Shown here one piece after another: positions 51,913 to 61,429 of a stretch of DNA of 64,000 nt (the stretch's first letter is position 1; each line of letters starts with the position of its first letter). The stretch spans positions 1,480,479 through 1,544,478 of the forward strand of contig OY762064.1 in assembly GCA_963665145.1 (NCBI GenBank), given 5' to 3'. The stretch comes from Gammaproteobacteria bacterium. Lineage in GTDB: Bacteria > Pseudomonadota > Gammaproteobacteria > Steroidobacterales > Foliamicaceae. A program made the position numbers and the translations under genes. The notes under the pieces are model-generated. The model had not been told where the DNA came from. It was given only the letters and a program-made list of their open reading frames with translations, and did no database searches.

Positions 51913-53448
51913 CTAGCTCTCATCTTCTTCCGCCAGCACCGGATCGTCCGGGTCAAGCCGGGGCCTGATCCGCTCCATTCCGGCCCGGGCGCTTTCCTGC
52001 ATCTCGGCCGGCACTTCAACCAGCGGCGACAGCGCGCGCTGATAACTGGAATACGCCCGGCGGTCCCGGCCCAGGGCCTCGTAGGCGCGTCCCAGCTCGT
52101 GGCGCACGATGCCGTCGAATTGAGGATCGCCGTTGAACCCGGCGGCCAGCAAAACCTTCCAGGCCGCCTGCGCGTCGCCCTCATGCAGGAACCGATCGCC
52201 CAGCATCAATTGCAACTGCTGGCGCAAACCCGGATTGTCGGAACGGGCAATGAACTCCATGGCTTTCTCCGCCACCGCCACGATCAGCTCCGAGTAAGCG
52301 TCGCGTTCTTCCGATTGAAAGAGACTTCCTGCAACCTGGCCGAGCCAGTCGGCCTTCATCCGCTCCAGTGTCGCGGACAGACGGTATTCCACAGCCTCCA
52401 TTTGCTCTTTGACCGAAGCATTTTCTTCAAGCCCCAGTGCGAACAGCACTTCGGCCGCCTCCGCCACGTTGCGGTTTTCAGGATTCTCCCGAAGATACGT
52501 CTGCAACCCACTTCGGTCCCTGGCCGCAGCGGCCGAATAAAACGCAAAATCCGCCTCGGAGTAGTTGCTGTTGCGTACCGGCTCCAGCGCCAGATAGCCC
52601 TGCACCGGGTTGATCTCCAGCCTATAGGCCGTCCACAGGCTCAGGCCCGGAACCACCAGCCAGTCGGGAGCAAGTCGCGGGTTCTGCGCAAAGTCCACCG
52701 GGTACAGCGCAGCCATTCCCGAAAACCCAAGGCGCTGACCGCCCACTCCGAAAAAGAGGTCCGGCAGGTCCCCGGACGGATGACCCAGCGAGCCGGCCGT
52801 TTCCGCGTTGATGTAGCTGTGGTAACCCGCGATGTTGAAGGCCATCAGCGATCGTTGCCCGTCGCCATACGTGACCGGCGCCAGTACGCGACCGCTCTCG
52901 GTAGTCTCCAGGCCCGGAATGATCGTCTCCGCCCAGAGTTGGGCGTCCAGGATGTCCGCCTCCTCCGCAGGGATGAACGATACGCGGCCCTCATCCAGAT
53001 TCATGCCCAGTGCAAAACGGCGCAGCACCGGGCCGCCCAGGATCGCCGCCACGTCGATTTCCCTGAGCTCGCTGGAATAACGATTGGTCAGGTGGGCAAG
53101 CAAGTTCGTGGTTGCTCCGCTGGGCACTACCCCGTCCCTGGGTACCTCCACACGCAGGCCCTCCTCGGACAGTATCTTGAGCGTCTGCTCATTCTCGCCG
53201 AAACGCACCGCCCCGAAAATGAACCGGAAAATCTCCAGGGGGGTTTCCGAAGCGTAGTCCAGCAGGAGGTGTGTTTCCTTGCGAAACGCCTCCGTGCTCA
53301 AGACCACGGGTACCAGCACGTAATCTCCCAGCACCTTGGCCTCCGCGCTGCCGCCTTCTGGTCCGGCTTCCTGCCCTGCGGCGCCCACCGGCAGCCATGC
53401 GCAAGAGCAGACTACAAACACCACGAACCAATTGCGGAATTTCGTCAT
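51913..53448 (-). CDS. Tandem paralog B of the retropepsin-like/TPR protein
   Basis: Co-linear with paralog A (KETHLLLDYAS, AILGGPVLRRF, SLMAFNIAGYHSY, WLVVPGLSLWTAY, ESARAGMER). Confidence 0.62.
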   Translation of the reverse strand: MTKFRNWFVVFVVCSCAWLPVGAAGQEAGPEGGSAEAKVLGDYVLVPVVLSTEAFRKETHLLLDYASETPLEIFRFIFGAVRFGENEQTLKILSEEGLRVEVPRDGVVPSGATTNLLAHLTNRYSSELREIDVAAILGGPVLRRFALGMNLDEGRVSFIPAEEADILDAQLWAETIIPGLETTESGRVLAPVTYGDGQRSLMAFNIAGYHSYINAETAGSLGHPSGDLPDLFFGVGGQRLGFSGMAALYPVDFAQNPRLAPDWLVVPGLSLWTAYRLEINPVQGYLALEPVRNSNYSEADFAFYSAAAARDRSGLQTYLRENPENRNVAEAAEVLFALGLEENASVKEQMEAVEYRLSATLERMKADWLGQVAGSLFQSEERDAYSELIVAVAEKAMEFIARSDNPGLRQQLQLMLGDRFLHEGDAQAAWKVLLAAGFNGDPQFDGIVRHELGRAYEALGRDRRAYSSYQRALSPLVEVPAEMQESARAGMERIRPRLDPDDPVLAEEDES

Positions 53449-53614
53449 CAGATTTGCATTGTCAGGAGATCAGGCATGCGGGAATTCTAAGATATCCGCT
53501 GCCGGTCCACTCCCAAAAACAACATCCCCGCGGAACCGGGGCGTACTGTCGGATCGGCAGGCCGCACCCTGACCGACCCGTAGCCGGATATCCAGTTGGC
53601 GATCGAAAGCGTCG

Positions 53615-56600
53615 CTAATCCGGCGTATCCATCTCCCAGTGCAACTCCAAAAACAGCACTTGGCCGCGCGCGTCCCAGCGAATGGGATCGTAGGGCTGTA
53701 TCAGGCGCGCAGAACTGTGCGACAGGGAGCGTGGCGCCGCCCGGTCGAGGACATTGGTGCCCCCGGCGCGAAGCCGCAGTCCGTTGTCGAACAGGTAGGT
53801 CACCGTGAGATCCACGGTAGTCAGCGAAGACACATCCAGATCCAGTTCCTCGTGCCGCTCCATACAGCGGGTTCCGGGAATAGCGGTAAAGTTGAACGGA
53901 CAGGTGAAAGCGTTTTGGTACACATAGCCGGGTGTGTAGTAAACAAACAGATTGGCCGAAACGCGGCCCCACACCCATTGCAAGGAACTCTGCCACTTGT
54001 AGCGGTCCGGACCATTCTGCGTGCCGAGATCGGATTGGATCAGCGCATCGGGGCTCACCTGCCGGAAGTCCTTGAGAAAACGTGTATACCCAATACTCGG
54101 AGTGAAATTGCCGTATCGCGTGTCAAAGGAGTATTCCAGTTCCGTGGACAGCAGATCGTTGTATTCCGCGGCGATGTTGATGCGCCGCGAATACACCTTT
54201 ACCAGGTCGCCGCGCTCGTTACGCTCCGCCACCAGGGGATGATTCAGTACGTACTCCGGATTTTGCGCCAGCCACAGGCCGCTGCTGCGAATCCGGTTGG
54301 TAAAGTCCGTCCTCGACCAGTCGGCGCTCCATCGCAGCCCTGGAACAGCTTCGGGCGCCCAGTCTATTCCTACCGTCCAGTGATCCGAGTGCTCCGATTG
54401 GATGTCCGGAGAGAGCGGCAGGCTCTGCTGCAACACTCCGTGGCCCCAGGTGATTTCGGTGGGTCCATCCGGATCGTAGGGATCGATTATGGTCTGGAAG
54501 AAGTTGCTGGCGTAGGCGGTAGGCCTGCGGTCCGGGTCCCGGGCGTAGAACTGATCCGACCAGTTGGGGGCGCGGAACGACCGCGACCAGCGAACCCGCA
54601 TGGTCAGGTCTTCCAGGGGCTTGTACTCGAATCCGGCGCGCGGAGTCGTCCGGCCCGCTCGGGCCGTTCCCAGGGTCGCGGTCACGTTGCGGTGTATGCA
54701 CCGGTCATCGAACCAGACAAAGTCCGCCACGAACGGGTCCCAGTAGGCATTTCTGCACGGCACGCGCAGCTGGTTCCAGTCGCCGCCGAATGCTCCCAGC
54801 GACTCCTGCACGTCGTAGCGCGCTCCCAGCGTCAGGATCAGCGACCTTAAGCCCGGTCTTGCGTTCTCCGGGCCGAACAGCGGAAGGCCCAGTTCGCCGT
54901 AATAGGCCTGGGTATCCCGGGACGGCCGCTTCAGGCCCACGTACAACGCTGAGTCGGTGGCCCATTCGCTCTCCGGCGGCACGAACGTCGAGTTATAGCT
55001 GCCGCTTGAGTAGAAAATGATGTTCTCACGGTATTCGCCGCCTATGGAGTAGGTAATCTCCCCGCCCCAAAGCCGGAACAGCCGCCCCCGAAGGCTGGCG
55101 TTGTATTGCCGCGTGTCGGTCACGCCCGCGTAGGGGGTTTCGTATTGCGTCAGCAGCGAATCGAACGAACCCTGAACCGTGCCGTTGCCGAACACGTTCA
55201 GGGCACGTTCCGGGTCGGGACTCGACAAGGCCTCGTAATAGGCCTCCGCCGTAGGGTCCCATACGCTTCTCTCGGCATAGGCGCGTAGACCGTAGTCGGT
55301 ACGCCAGGACTTGGTGCGGGTGGCGTCCACCAGCAACTCGTGGTCCGCACCGAGATTCCAGATGATCCCAAAGCTCAGATTGCGGGTTTCGTTCTCCGCA
55401 AAATCGTATTGCGCGGGCAGCAGGCCGTCGTTGGACTCGTTTGCCGCGGCGTATTGCACCATCATCGGCTCGCCGAAGGGATTGTAGGCATTGCTGGCCG
55501 GCACCAGGAACCGGCCGTTTATGCGGCGGTCGTATTCCTGGTAGGCCTCGTTTATGGACCAGTTGACATCCGCGAACACCCGCAGGTTGTCGGTAATGTA
55601 CTGCTCCAGGTTCAGGCTCAGCGAACGGGTGGAGGAGTCCAGGCCGTTTTGCGGGGGCAGTTCGTCCAGCGGCGTGGGCGCAGTGTCGCCCGGCTGGTTC
55701 GTGAAAGTGTAATAGTCGCCCACCGTGGCGCCGGCGCCGCTTTGGTCCGCGGGCAACTGGTAATAGGTGTTTTGCCAAAGGGGCGGGCCTGAATTCACGC
55801 ACCAGTAAAAGGGCCGCCCGGTGGGACGGAGGTTTCTGAATTTGCAGGCCACCCCGGGCTGGGTCTTGTCCGTGATGCGCCGGTCGAATTCCGCGCCGTA
55901 CAAACCCCGATAGTCTAGGGTGGTCCAGCCGGTTTTTTCGTTGGTGATCGGCAGGGATGTCGAGCGCGTAAGGATTGCGGTTACATTGCCGCTTCCCCAG
56001 GCGTAGCCGCCGGTAATGGTGGCCCTGGTCTGGTCGGCGTCCGTGGAGCTGTACTCGTGACGGTAACTGGCGGCAAGACCGCTGTAGTTTTTCTTCGTAA
56101 TGAAGTTCACGACGCCGCCGATGGCATCCGAACCGTAAACCGTCGAAGCGCCGTCCAACTGAATATCGACCCGCTCAATGGCCGACAGCGGTACGTTCAG
56201 GAGATTCGCCAGGTCGTCCTCCACGCCGCCAACGCCGGCAATACGCCTTCCGTTGAGAAGAATCAGCGTGTTGGGACTGCCCAGGCCGCGAAGATTGAGC
56301 GAGGAAATGCCCAGACCGTTCCCGCGGAAACGAATCGAGTCCTCGCCGGGCAGAAAGACCTGGTTATTGTTCGAAGTGCTGCTGGTTTGCGTGGTCATGG
56401 ACGAATACGTCCAGGGCAGCTTGCGGAAGAAATCCTCCAGGGTGGATACGCCGCGCGCGGCAATCTGCTCGGCGGTGAAGCTGTAAATGCGAGCACTCGG
56501 GTCGCCGCCGATCAGGCGCGACCCGGTCACGACCTGGGTTTCGAGTTCAAGCGCGTCGGCTTCCTCCTCGACGGAGGCTACGACGCTGGCCTCTTGCTCC

Positions 56601-56698
56601 TCCTCGGCCTCCTCAGCCTGCTGGGCCTGACTGAAAACCGGAACGGCAAGAATGAAAAGAATGGTCGCCAGGTAGCGGCGAATGGATAAAGCGTGCAT
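53615..56698 (-). CDS. TonB-dependent receptor (~1030 aa, no N-terminal signalling domain)
   Basis: RBS GAGGAGG; LETQVVTGSR; ERVDIQLDGASTVYGSDAIGGVVNFIT; RAGGTNVLDRAAP...DPIRWDARGQ. Confidence 0.92.
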   Translation of the reverse strand: MHALSIRRYLATILFILAVPVFSQAQQAEEAEEEQEASVVASVEEEADALELETQVVTGSRLIGGDPSARIYSFTAEQIAARGVSTLEDFFRKLPWTYSSMTTQTSSTSNNNQVFLPGEDSIRFRGNGLGISSLNLRGLGSPNTLILLNGRRIAGVGGVEDDLANLLNVPLSAIERVDIQLDGASTVYGSDAIGGVVNFITKKNYSGLAASYRHEYSSTDADQTRATITGGYAWGSGNVTAILTRSTSLPITNEKTGWTTLDYRGLYGAEFDRRITDKTQPGVACKFRNLRPTGRPFYWCVNSGPPLWQNTYYQLPADQSGAGATVGDYYTFTNQPGDTAPTPLDELPPQNGLDSSTRSLSLNLEQYITDNLRVFADVNWSINEAYQEYDRRINGRFLVPASNAYNPFGEPMMVQYAAANESNDGLLPAQYDFAENETRNLSFGIIWNLGADHELLVDATRTKSWRTDYGLRAYAERSVWDPTAEAYYEALSSPDPERALNVFGNGTVQGSFDSLLTQYETPYAGVTDTRQYNASLRGRLFRLWGGEITYSIGGEYRENIIFYSSGSYNSTFVPPESEWATDSALYVGLKRPSRDTQAYYGELGLPLFGPENARPGLRSLILTLGARYDVQESLGAFGGDWNQLRVPCRNAYWDPFVADFVWFDDRCIHRNVTATLGTARAGRTTPRAGFEYKPLEDLTMRVRWSRSFRAPNWSDQFYARDPDRRPTAYASNFFQTIIDPYDPDGPTEITWGHGVLQQSLPLSPDIQSEHSDHWTVGIDWAPEAVPGLRWSADWSRTDFTNRIRSSGLWLAQNPEYVLNHPLVAERNERGDLVKVYSRRINIAAEYNDLLSTELEYSFDTRYGNFTPSIGYTRFLKDFRQVSPDALIQSDLGTQNGPDRYKWQSSLQWVWGRVSANLFVYYTPGYVYQNAFTCPFNFTAIPGTRCMERHEELDLDVSSLTTVDLTVTYLFDNGLRLRAGGTNVLDRAAPRSLSHSSARLIQPYDPIRWDARGQVLFLELHWEMDTPD

Positions 56699-56704
56699 CT
56701 GTGT

Positions 56705-56725
56705 TCCCTCCTCATACAGGAGAGA
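56705..56725 (-). promoter_or_regulatory. 5'-UTR hairpin that sequesters the Shine-Dalgarno of the 53615-56698 TBDR
   Basis: mRNA UCUCUCCU-GUAUG-AGGAGGGA: 8 paired positions (one G-U) covering AGGAGG. Confidence 0.45.
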
Positions 56726-56817
56726 CTTAACGCACGCCCGACGAATCCCTTTTTGCTTAGCAGCAAACTGCCGGGTGTGCGGTGGCCGCCCCTGTCCCTG
56801 ACATTGCGCTTGATTTG

Positions 56818-56826
56818 AGTATAGCA
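56818..56826 (-). promoter_or_regulatory. Extended -10 element (TGc-TATACT), possible internal promoter
   Basis: Minus strand TGCTATACT in the 306-bp intergenic gap; no recognisable -35. Confidence 0.35.
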
Positions 56827-56956
56827 CCTGGCCTGCGCGCGACGCGGAGCAGGCTGCCCTGGCATTAACGGGTAGAAAAATCCGGGAGCGAGGCGCCAAT
56901 TCTGAGCCTGGGACAATAGGCTCGCCCACTGTCAGGGCTGGCGCCGCCGCTCCCGG

Positions 56957-56996
56957 TATCGCCGGTCACCCCCGCGCTGCGTCAGGACCGGCGATA
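56957..56996. terminator. 11-bp stem-loop right after the signalling-TBDR stop (terminator or RNA stabiliser)
   Basis: TATCGCCGGTC / GACCGGCGATA with an 18-nt loop. No downstream U-tract on the minus strand, so termination is uncertain. Confidence 0.45.
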
Positions 56997-57004
56997 AAGA
57001 AGAG

Positions 57005-60000
57005 CTACATCTCCCAGTTCAGGTCGACGAAGAACACCTGTCCGCGCGCATCCCAACGAGTCGGGTCGTACGGCAGGCTGGAACCAAAAACCGTAGCCGG
57101 TGCGGCCTTGTCAAGAATGTTCCGGCCCCCGACCCGTATCCGCAAACCGTTGTCCATGCGGTAGGTCAGCGTGAGGTCGACTGTCATCAGCGAAGCCACA
57201 TCGATACTCAGCCACTCGTAGGGAATATCCTCACAACGGTTGCCGGGAATCATCTGGACTGCGTAACTGCAGTACCGTGCGCGTTCGTGGACGTATCCCG
57301 GCGTGTAGTACACGAACAGGTCAGCCGCGAACCGGTTCCACAGCCAGCTCAGCGAACCTTCCAGCTGGTACTCGTCGGGCCCGAGTTGCGTTCCGGCAAA
57401 ATCAATCCTGCTTGTCTCTTCATCGCTGATCTGAATGTAGTCCGCCAGAATGCGCGCGTAGCCAATGCGCGGCGTAAACTGGCCATAGGCGGTTTCAAAG
57501 CTGAATTGCAGGCTGGTATCCAGGATTTCACTGAATTTCGCGTTGACGTTGATCGGCTGGAAGAGGATCGAAACGATATTGCCTTGCTCGTCCCGCGTTA
57601 TCAGTTGTGGATGATTCATCACCAGTTCGGGACGTTGTTGCGCCATGAATTGAATAGAAACGGAGTCTTCGATCCGGTTGGTAAAGTCCGTCTTGGACCA
57701 ATCGACGGTCCAACGAAGCCCCGGAATCGCCCGCGGCGCCCAGTCGAACCCCACGGAGTACGTGTCCGAAAACTCATTCTTCAGATCCGTGTTGTAAACC
57801 TGCCTTATCGCACCTCCGAACGGAAGCGATATTTCGGTCGGCCCATCGGGATGATAGGGGTCCAGGCCCGAGTAGCTCGTCCTGAATCGAGTATCGGGCG
57901 AGCAAAAGGAAGTCGGCGGCGGATCGATACAGGTCGCAAACTGATCGCTCCATACCGGCGGGCGGAAGGAACGCGACCAACGGGTGCGCAGGGTGAACGA
58001 TTCCGCCGGCTGATAGCGCAAACCCACGCTGGGGCTTGTGCGGCTGTGCTTCAGGGTATTGACATTGAGGTCGTGCACGACATCCGCGTAATGAAAGCGA
58101 AATCGGCGCTGCTCGTAGATCTGCCAACCCAGGTCCGGATGCCAATAGGAATGGAGGGTTGGGTCCAGATTCTCGAAACGCTGGTACGGCCCTCTGGTGC
58201 CCATGTACGACGAGCCCGCCTGTTTGTTTTCGTCGCGCCTCGCCTGCAGGCTCAGCATCAGCGACCGCACGCCGGGGAGCGAATTCTCCGGGCCGATCAG
58301 GGGCAGGACCAATTCAGCGTAGTAAGCGGTAATTTCCCGCGAAGGACGGTCCACGCCAATCGCCTCCCCCGAGTCCACCACTCTTTGCAAATCAATTCCC
58401 GCCAGGTTGGCCGTTGTGTCTTGAACGCGGTAAATTGTGTTTTCCCGGTACTCGGCGCCAGCGGAATAGGACACCGGGCCGCCCCATAAATCGAACAGGT
58501 TGCCGCGCAAGTAGAGGTTGTACGCGCGAGTCTCACTATCCCCCTTGATGGGTCCTTCGGCAACGGTAAGCAACTCCTCAAATGCCGATCCCTGGGCATC
58601 TCCATTACCGAATACGTTGATTGCCCGGTTCGGGTCGGAACTGGACAGCGCTGCGTACCAGCCGTCCGCTGTAGGATCCCAACGCGGACGCCGCGCTTTG
58701 GCACGCAACCGGAAGGTCTCCCTCTCGGACTTGGTGCGCGTAACTTCGAAATTCAACTCGTGCGCGCCGAACTCCCAAATCACTCCGAAGTTGACGTTTC
58801 GCTGCTTGGTTTCCGATTCCGTGAATTGGGTAGGCAGCAGACCTTGCTCAAATTCCCTGATCGGCGCGTATTGCACTGCCATGGGCTTGCCGAACGGGTT
58901 GTAGGCGTTGCTCGTCGGAACCGGAATATAGCCGGTGATGCGGCGAGAATATTCCTGGTACGACCCGACTTTGGTGTACAGAATGTCCGCGTAGATTCGC
59001 AAGTCGTCCGTCAGGTATTGCTCAAAGTTCAGGTTCAGGGAGTCGGTGCTCGAATCGGCGCCGTTTTGCGGATCAATCTGGTCGTATGGATGTGGCGGGG
59101 ATTCCGTCCTTTGGAAAACGACAAAGTCGTCAACCGTCGCGCCGGCGCCGCTGTGCCCCGCCGGTAGCTGGTACATGGGAGTTCGCCGCTTGCACCTTAT
59201 GGTAGCCGGCTGAGAAGCAAACACCGGCGAGTATTCACATGCCACGCCGGGCTGACCGGTTGTGATGCTGCGCAAGTCGAACTCGGGGCCCAACGAAGAG
59301 CGGAGATCCAAGGTGGTAAAACCAGTCTTGTTGTTCGTGATCGGATCGGACGTATCACGCGACAGGATGGCGGTAACGTTGCCGCTGCCCCAAGCGTAGC
59401 CGCCCGTAATGCTGGCCTTGGTCTGGTCTGCATCGGTGGAACTGAATTCCTGCCGGTAATCGACCGACAGGCCCGAGTAATTCCTCTTGGTGATGAAATT
59501 CACCACGCCACCTATGGCGTCTGAACCGTACACCGCCGAGGCGCCATCCAACTGGATGTCCACCCGTTCAATGGCCGACAGCGGAATGGTAAGGATGTTG
59601 GCGAAGTCATCTTCTTCGCCGGTTCCTGCAATGCGTCGGCCGTTCACCAGCACCAGGGTGTTGGCCGAGCCCATATTGCGCAAGTTGACCGTGGAGATGC
59701 CCAGCCCCAGCTCGATGTATTCGCCTTCCTGGTCGGTGCCTTGATAAAATTCGCTGGTATTGGTCTGCGTGGTGATGGAAGAATAGGTCCAGGGCAGGGT
59801 GCGGAAAAACTCCTCAAGTGTGGACACGCCGCGCGCCGCGATATCCTCGGAGGTGTAGCTGAAGACACGGGCGCTGGGGTCGCCGCCTTCCAGGCGTGAC
59901 CCGGTCACAACCTGTTTCTCAAGTTCGATCGGCTCTTCCTCTTCCGCCGCGGCGGGTTCTTCGGGCGCCGCTTCAGTTTCCGCGCCCTCATCCTCCTGCG

Positions 60001-60325
60001 CCTGCTGCACGAGAACAACGTTTTCGGAGGTGTACTCGTACTCGAGTCCCGTGTCGGTCAACAGGGCGGCCAGGGCTTCCTCGAATCGGTACTCGCCCTT
60101 GAGTCCCTCAACTTCGACCTGCGCGCCGACCTGATCGGGCAGCATGATCTGGACGCCTGAGGAACTGGCCAGTTCCATTAGCGCCGGACCAGCCTCCTGG
60201 GGCTCGATTTCCAGGGTCAGCACTTCGGCATCCTGCGCCAGGACGCCGGGCGAGCCAAAGAAAAGCGCTGTAATGGCTACTGCCGGTACGGCATAGGGTC
60301 TAACTGTGTCCAGGATTTTCTTCAT
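57005..60325 (-). CDS. TonB-dependent receptor/transducer with N-terminal STN signalling domain
   Basis: LEIEPQEAGPALMELASSSGVQIML...EEALAALLTDTGLEYEY (STN-like); LEKQVVTGSR; same plug as the neighbouring TBDR; directly downstream of fecR. Confidence 0.92.
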   Translation of the reverse strand: MKKILDTVRPYAVPAVAITALFFGSPGVLAQDAEVLTLEIEPQEAGPALMELASSSGVQIMLPDQVGAQVEVEGLKGEYRFEEALAALLTDTGLEYEYTSENVVLVQQAQEDEGAETEAAPEEPAAAEEEEPIELEKQVVTGSRLEGGDPSARVFSYTSEDIAARGVSTLEEFFRTLPWTYSSITTQTNTSEFYQGTDQEGEYIELGLGISTVNLRNMGSANTLVLVNGRRIAGTGEEDDFANILTIPLSAIERVDIQLDGASAVYGSDAIGGVVNFITKRNYSGLSVDYRQEFSSTDADQTKASITGGYAWGSGNVTAILSRDTSDPITNNKTGFTTLDLRSSLGPEFDLRSITTGQPGVACEYSPVFASQPATIRCKRRTPMYQLPAGHSGAGATVDDFVVFQRTESPPHPYDQIDPQNGADSSTDSLNLNFEQYLTDDLRIYADILYTKVGSYQEYSRRITGYIPVPTSNAYNPFGKPMAVQYAPIREFEQGLLPTQFTESETKQRNVNFGVIWEFGAHELNFEVTRTKSERETFRLRAKARRPRWDPTADGWYAALSSSDPNRAINVFGNGDAQGSAFEELLTVAEGPIKGDSETRAYNLYLRGNLFDLWGGPVSYSAGAEYRENTIYRVQDTTANLAGIDLQRVVDSGEAIGVDRPSREITAYYAELVLPLIGPENSLPGVRSLMLSLQARRDENKQAGSSYMGTRGPYQRFENLDPTLHSYWHPDLGWQIYEQRRFRFHYADVVHDLNVNTLKHSRTSPSVGLRYQPAESFTLRTRWSRSFRPPVWSDQFATCIDPPPTSFCSPDTRFRTSYSGLDPYHPDGPTEISLPFGGAIRQVYNTDLKNEFSDTYSVGFDWAPRAIPGLRWTVDWSKTDFTNRIEDSVSIQFMAQQRPELVMNHPQLITRDEQGNIVSILFQPINVNAKFSEILDTSLQFSFETAYGQFTPRIGYARILADYIQISDEETSRIDFAGTQLGPDEYQLEGSLSWLWNRFAADLFVYYTPGYVHERARYCSYAVQMIPGNRCEDIPYEWLSIDVASLMTVDLTLTYRMDNGLRIRVGGRNILDKAAPATVFGSSLPYDPTRWDARGQVFFVDLNWEM

Positions 60326-60355
60326 GGTCCCCACCTTCTAGTGAAAGTTCGCTGG

Positions 60356-61429
60356 TCAACTGCCGGCGCCACGCGCCGGAGTCGTGCTCTCCGAACCGGT
60401 TATCACGATCCGGTCATAGTGCTTCGTAATCTCGATAGGCAGTAGTTGCTCCAGCGCGTTCAGCGCCGAGTCAAGCTCTTTGACGTTCACCGCTGCATAA
60501 ACGCTCATCTCCATCACCGCCGCGTCCTCGATGAGAATCTTCTTGCGGGTATAGCGGTTCAGTTCCTGGACGACCTGGTACAGGGGTTCCCGGTCAAACC
60601 GCAACATTCCGCTGCGCCAACGTCCAAAACGCTCCATCGATTCGGGCTGAAATGCCTTCAACTGGTTGCGGTTGACGTCGAATTCAACCACCCAGCCTTC
60701 CTCCACCCGGTGCTGCCCGGGTGCGTCAATGACTGCAGTCTGCCCGGCGGAGGCCACCAGCGGCGCCGCCCCGATGGCCTCATCAGTTAGCGGGTGCATT
60801 GCAACCGTCCCCTCAAACACCGCAAGCTGATAGTGCTCGGGATGCTTGCGGACGTTGAAGGCGGTGCCGATGGCCGTTAGCGAGCGGACACCCAGCTCGA
60901 CCGTAAAGGGACGTGCCGGGTCTTCGGCCACCTGGAAGTAGGCTTCCCCACGCTCCAGCAAGATCGTGCGCGACTGTTGCGTGAAATCCACCACCAGTTG
61001 CGTGCCTGTGTTCAGCGTGATGGCGCTGCCGTCCTTAAGATCAATGGTCTTCTGTTCGCCTACCCGGGTGAAGTGGCGCTCCAGGTGACTCGGGTCCGGG
61101 GCGTTCCAGACAGTGAAATAGAACGTGGCAATGCCCGCTCCCACAAGCAGGCTGGCGGCGATCCCAAACGTAGCCCGCCGCTTCCGGCCGCGCGCCTGGC
61201 TGAGACCCCGGGGATCGCGGGCGACCGCCTCGATATCCGCGTCGCCGGCCAGCTCTTCCATGCCGGCCAGGGCGTCCAGCGTGCCCAGGTATTGCTCACG
61301 GTACCTGGAATCCGCCTTGGCACGGGAGCGAATCGCCGCCGCCTCGGCTTCGGATAGCCGGCCTGACCACAAATGGACCAAAGATAGCTCCGTGGCGCCG
61401 TTCATGATTTCTCGAATGTTCTTCAGCAC
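60356..61429 (-). CDS. FecR-family anti-sigma / transmembrane sensor
   Basis: Central TM; TRVGEQKTIDLKDGSAITLNTGT; LERGEAYFQVAEDPARPFTV; WRSGMLRFDREPL. Confidence 0.9.
   Translation of the reverse strand: MLKNIREIMNGATELSLVHLWSGRLSEAEAAAIRSRAKADSRYREQYLGTLDALAGMEELAGDADIEAVARDPRGLSQARGRKRRATFGIAASLLVGAGIATFYFTVWNAPDPSHLERHFTRVGEQKTIDLKDGSAITLNTGTQLVVDFTQQSRTILLERGEAYFQVAEDPARPFTVELGVRSLTAIGTAFNVRKHPEHYQLAVFEGTVAMHPLTDEAIGAAPLVASAGQTAVIDAPGQHRVEEGWVVEFDVNRNQLKAFQPESMERFGRWRSGMLRFDREPLYQVVQELNRYTRKKILIEDAAVMEMSVYAAVNVKELDSALNALEQLLPIEITKHYDRIVITGSESTTPARGAGS

Noticed and set aside
56699-57004. Cobalamin riboswitch in the 306-bp gap before a TBDR
   Set aside because: No B12-box or GCCACTG/GGGAAG core recognised.
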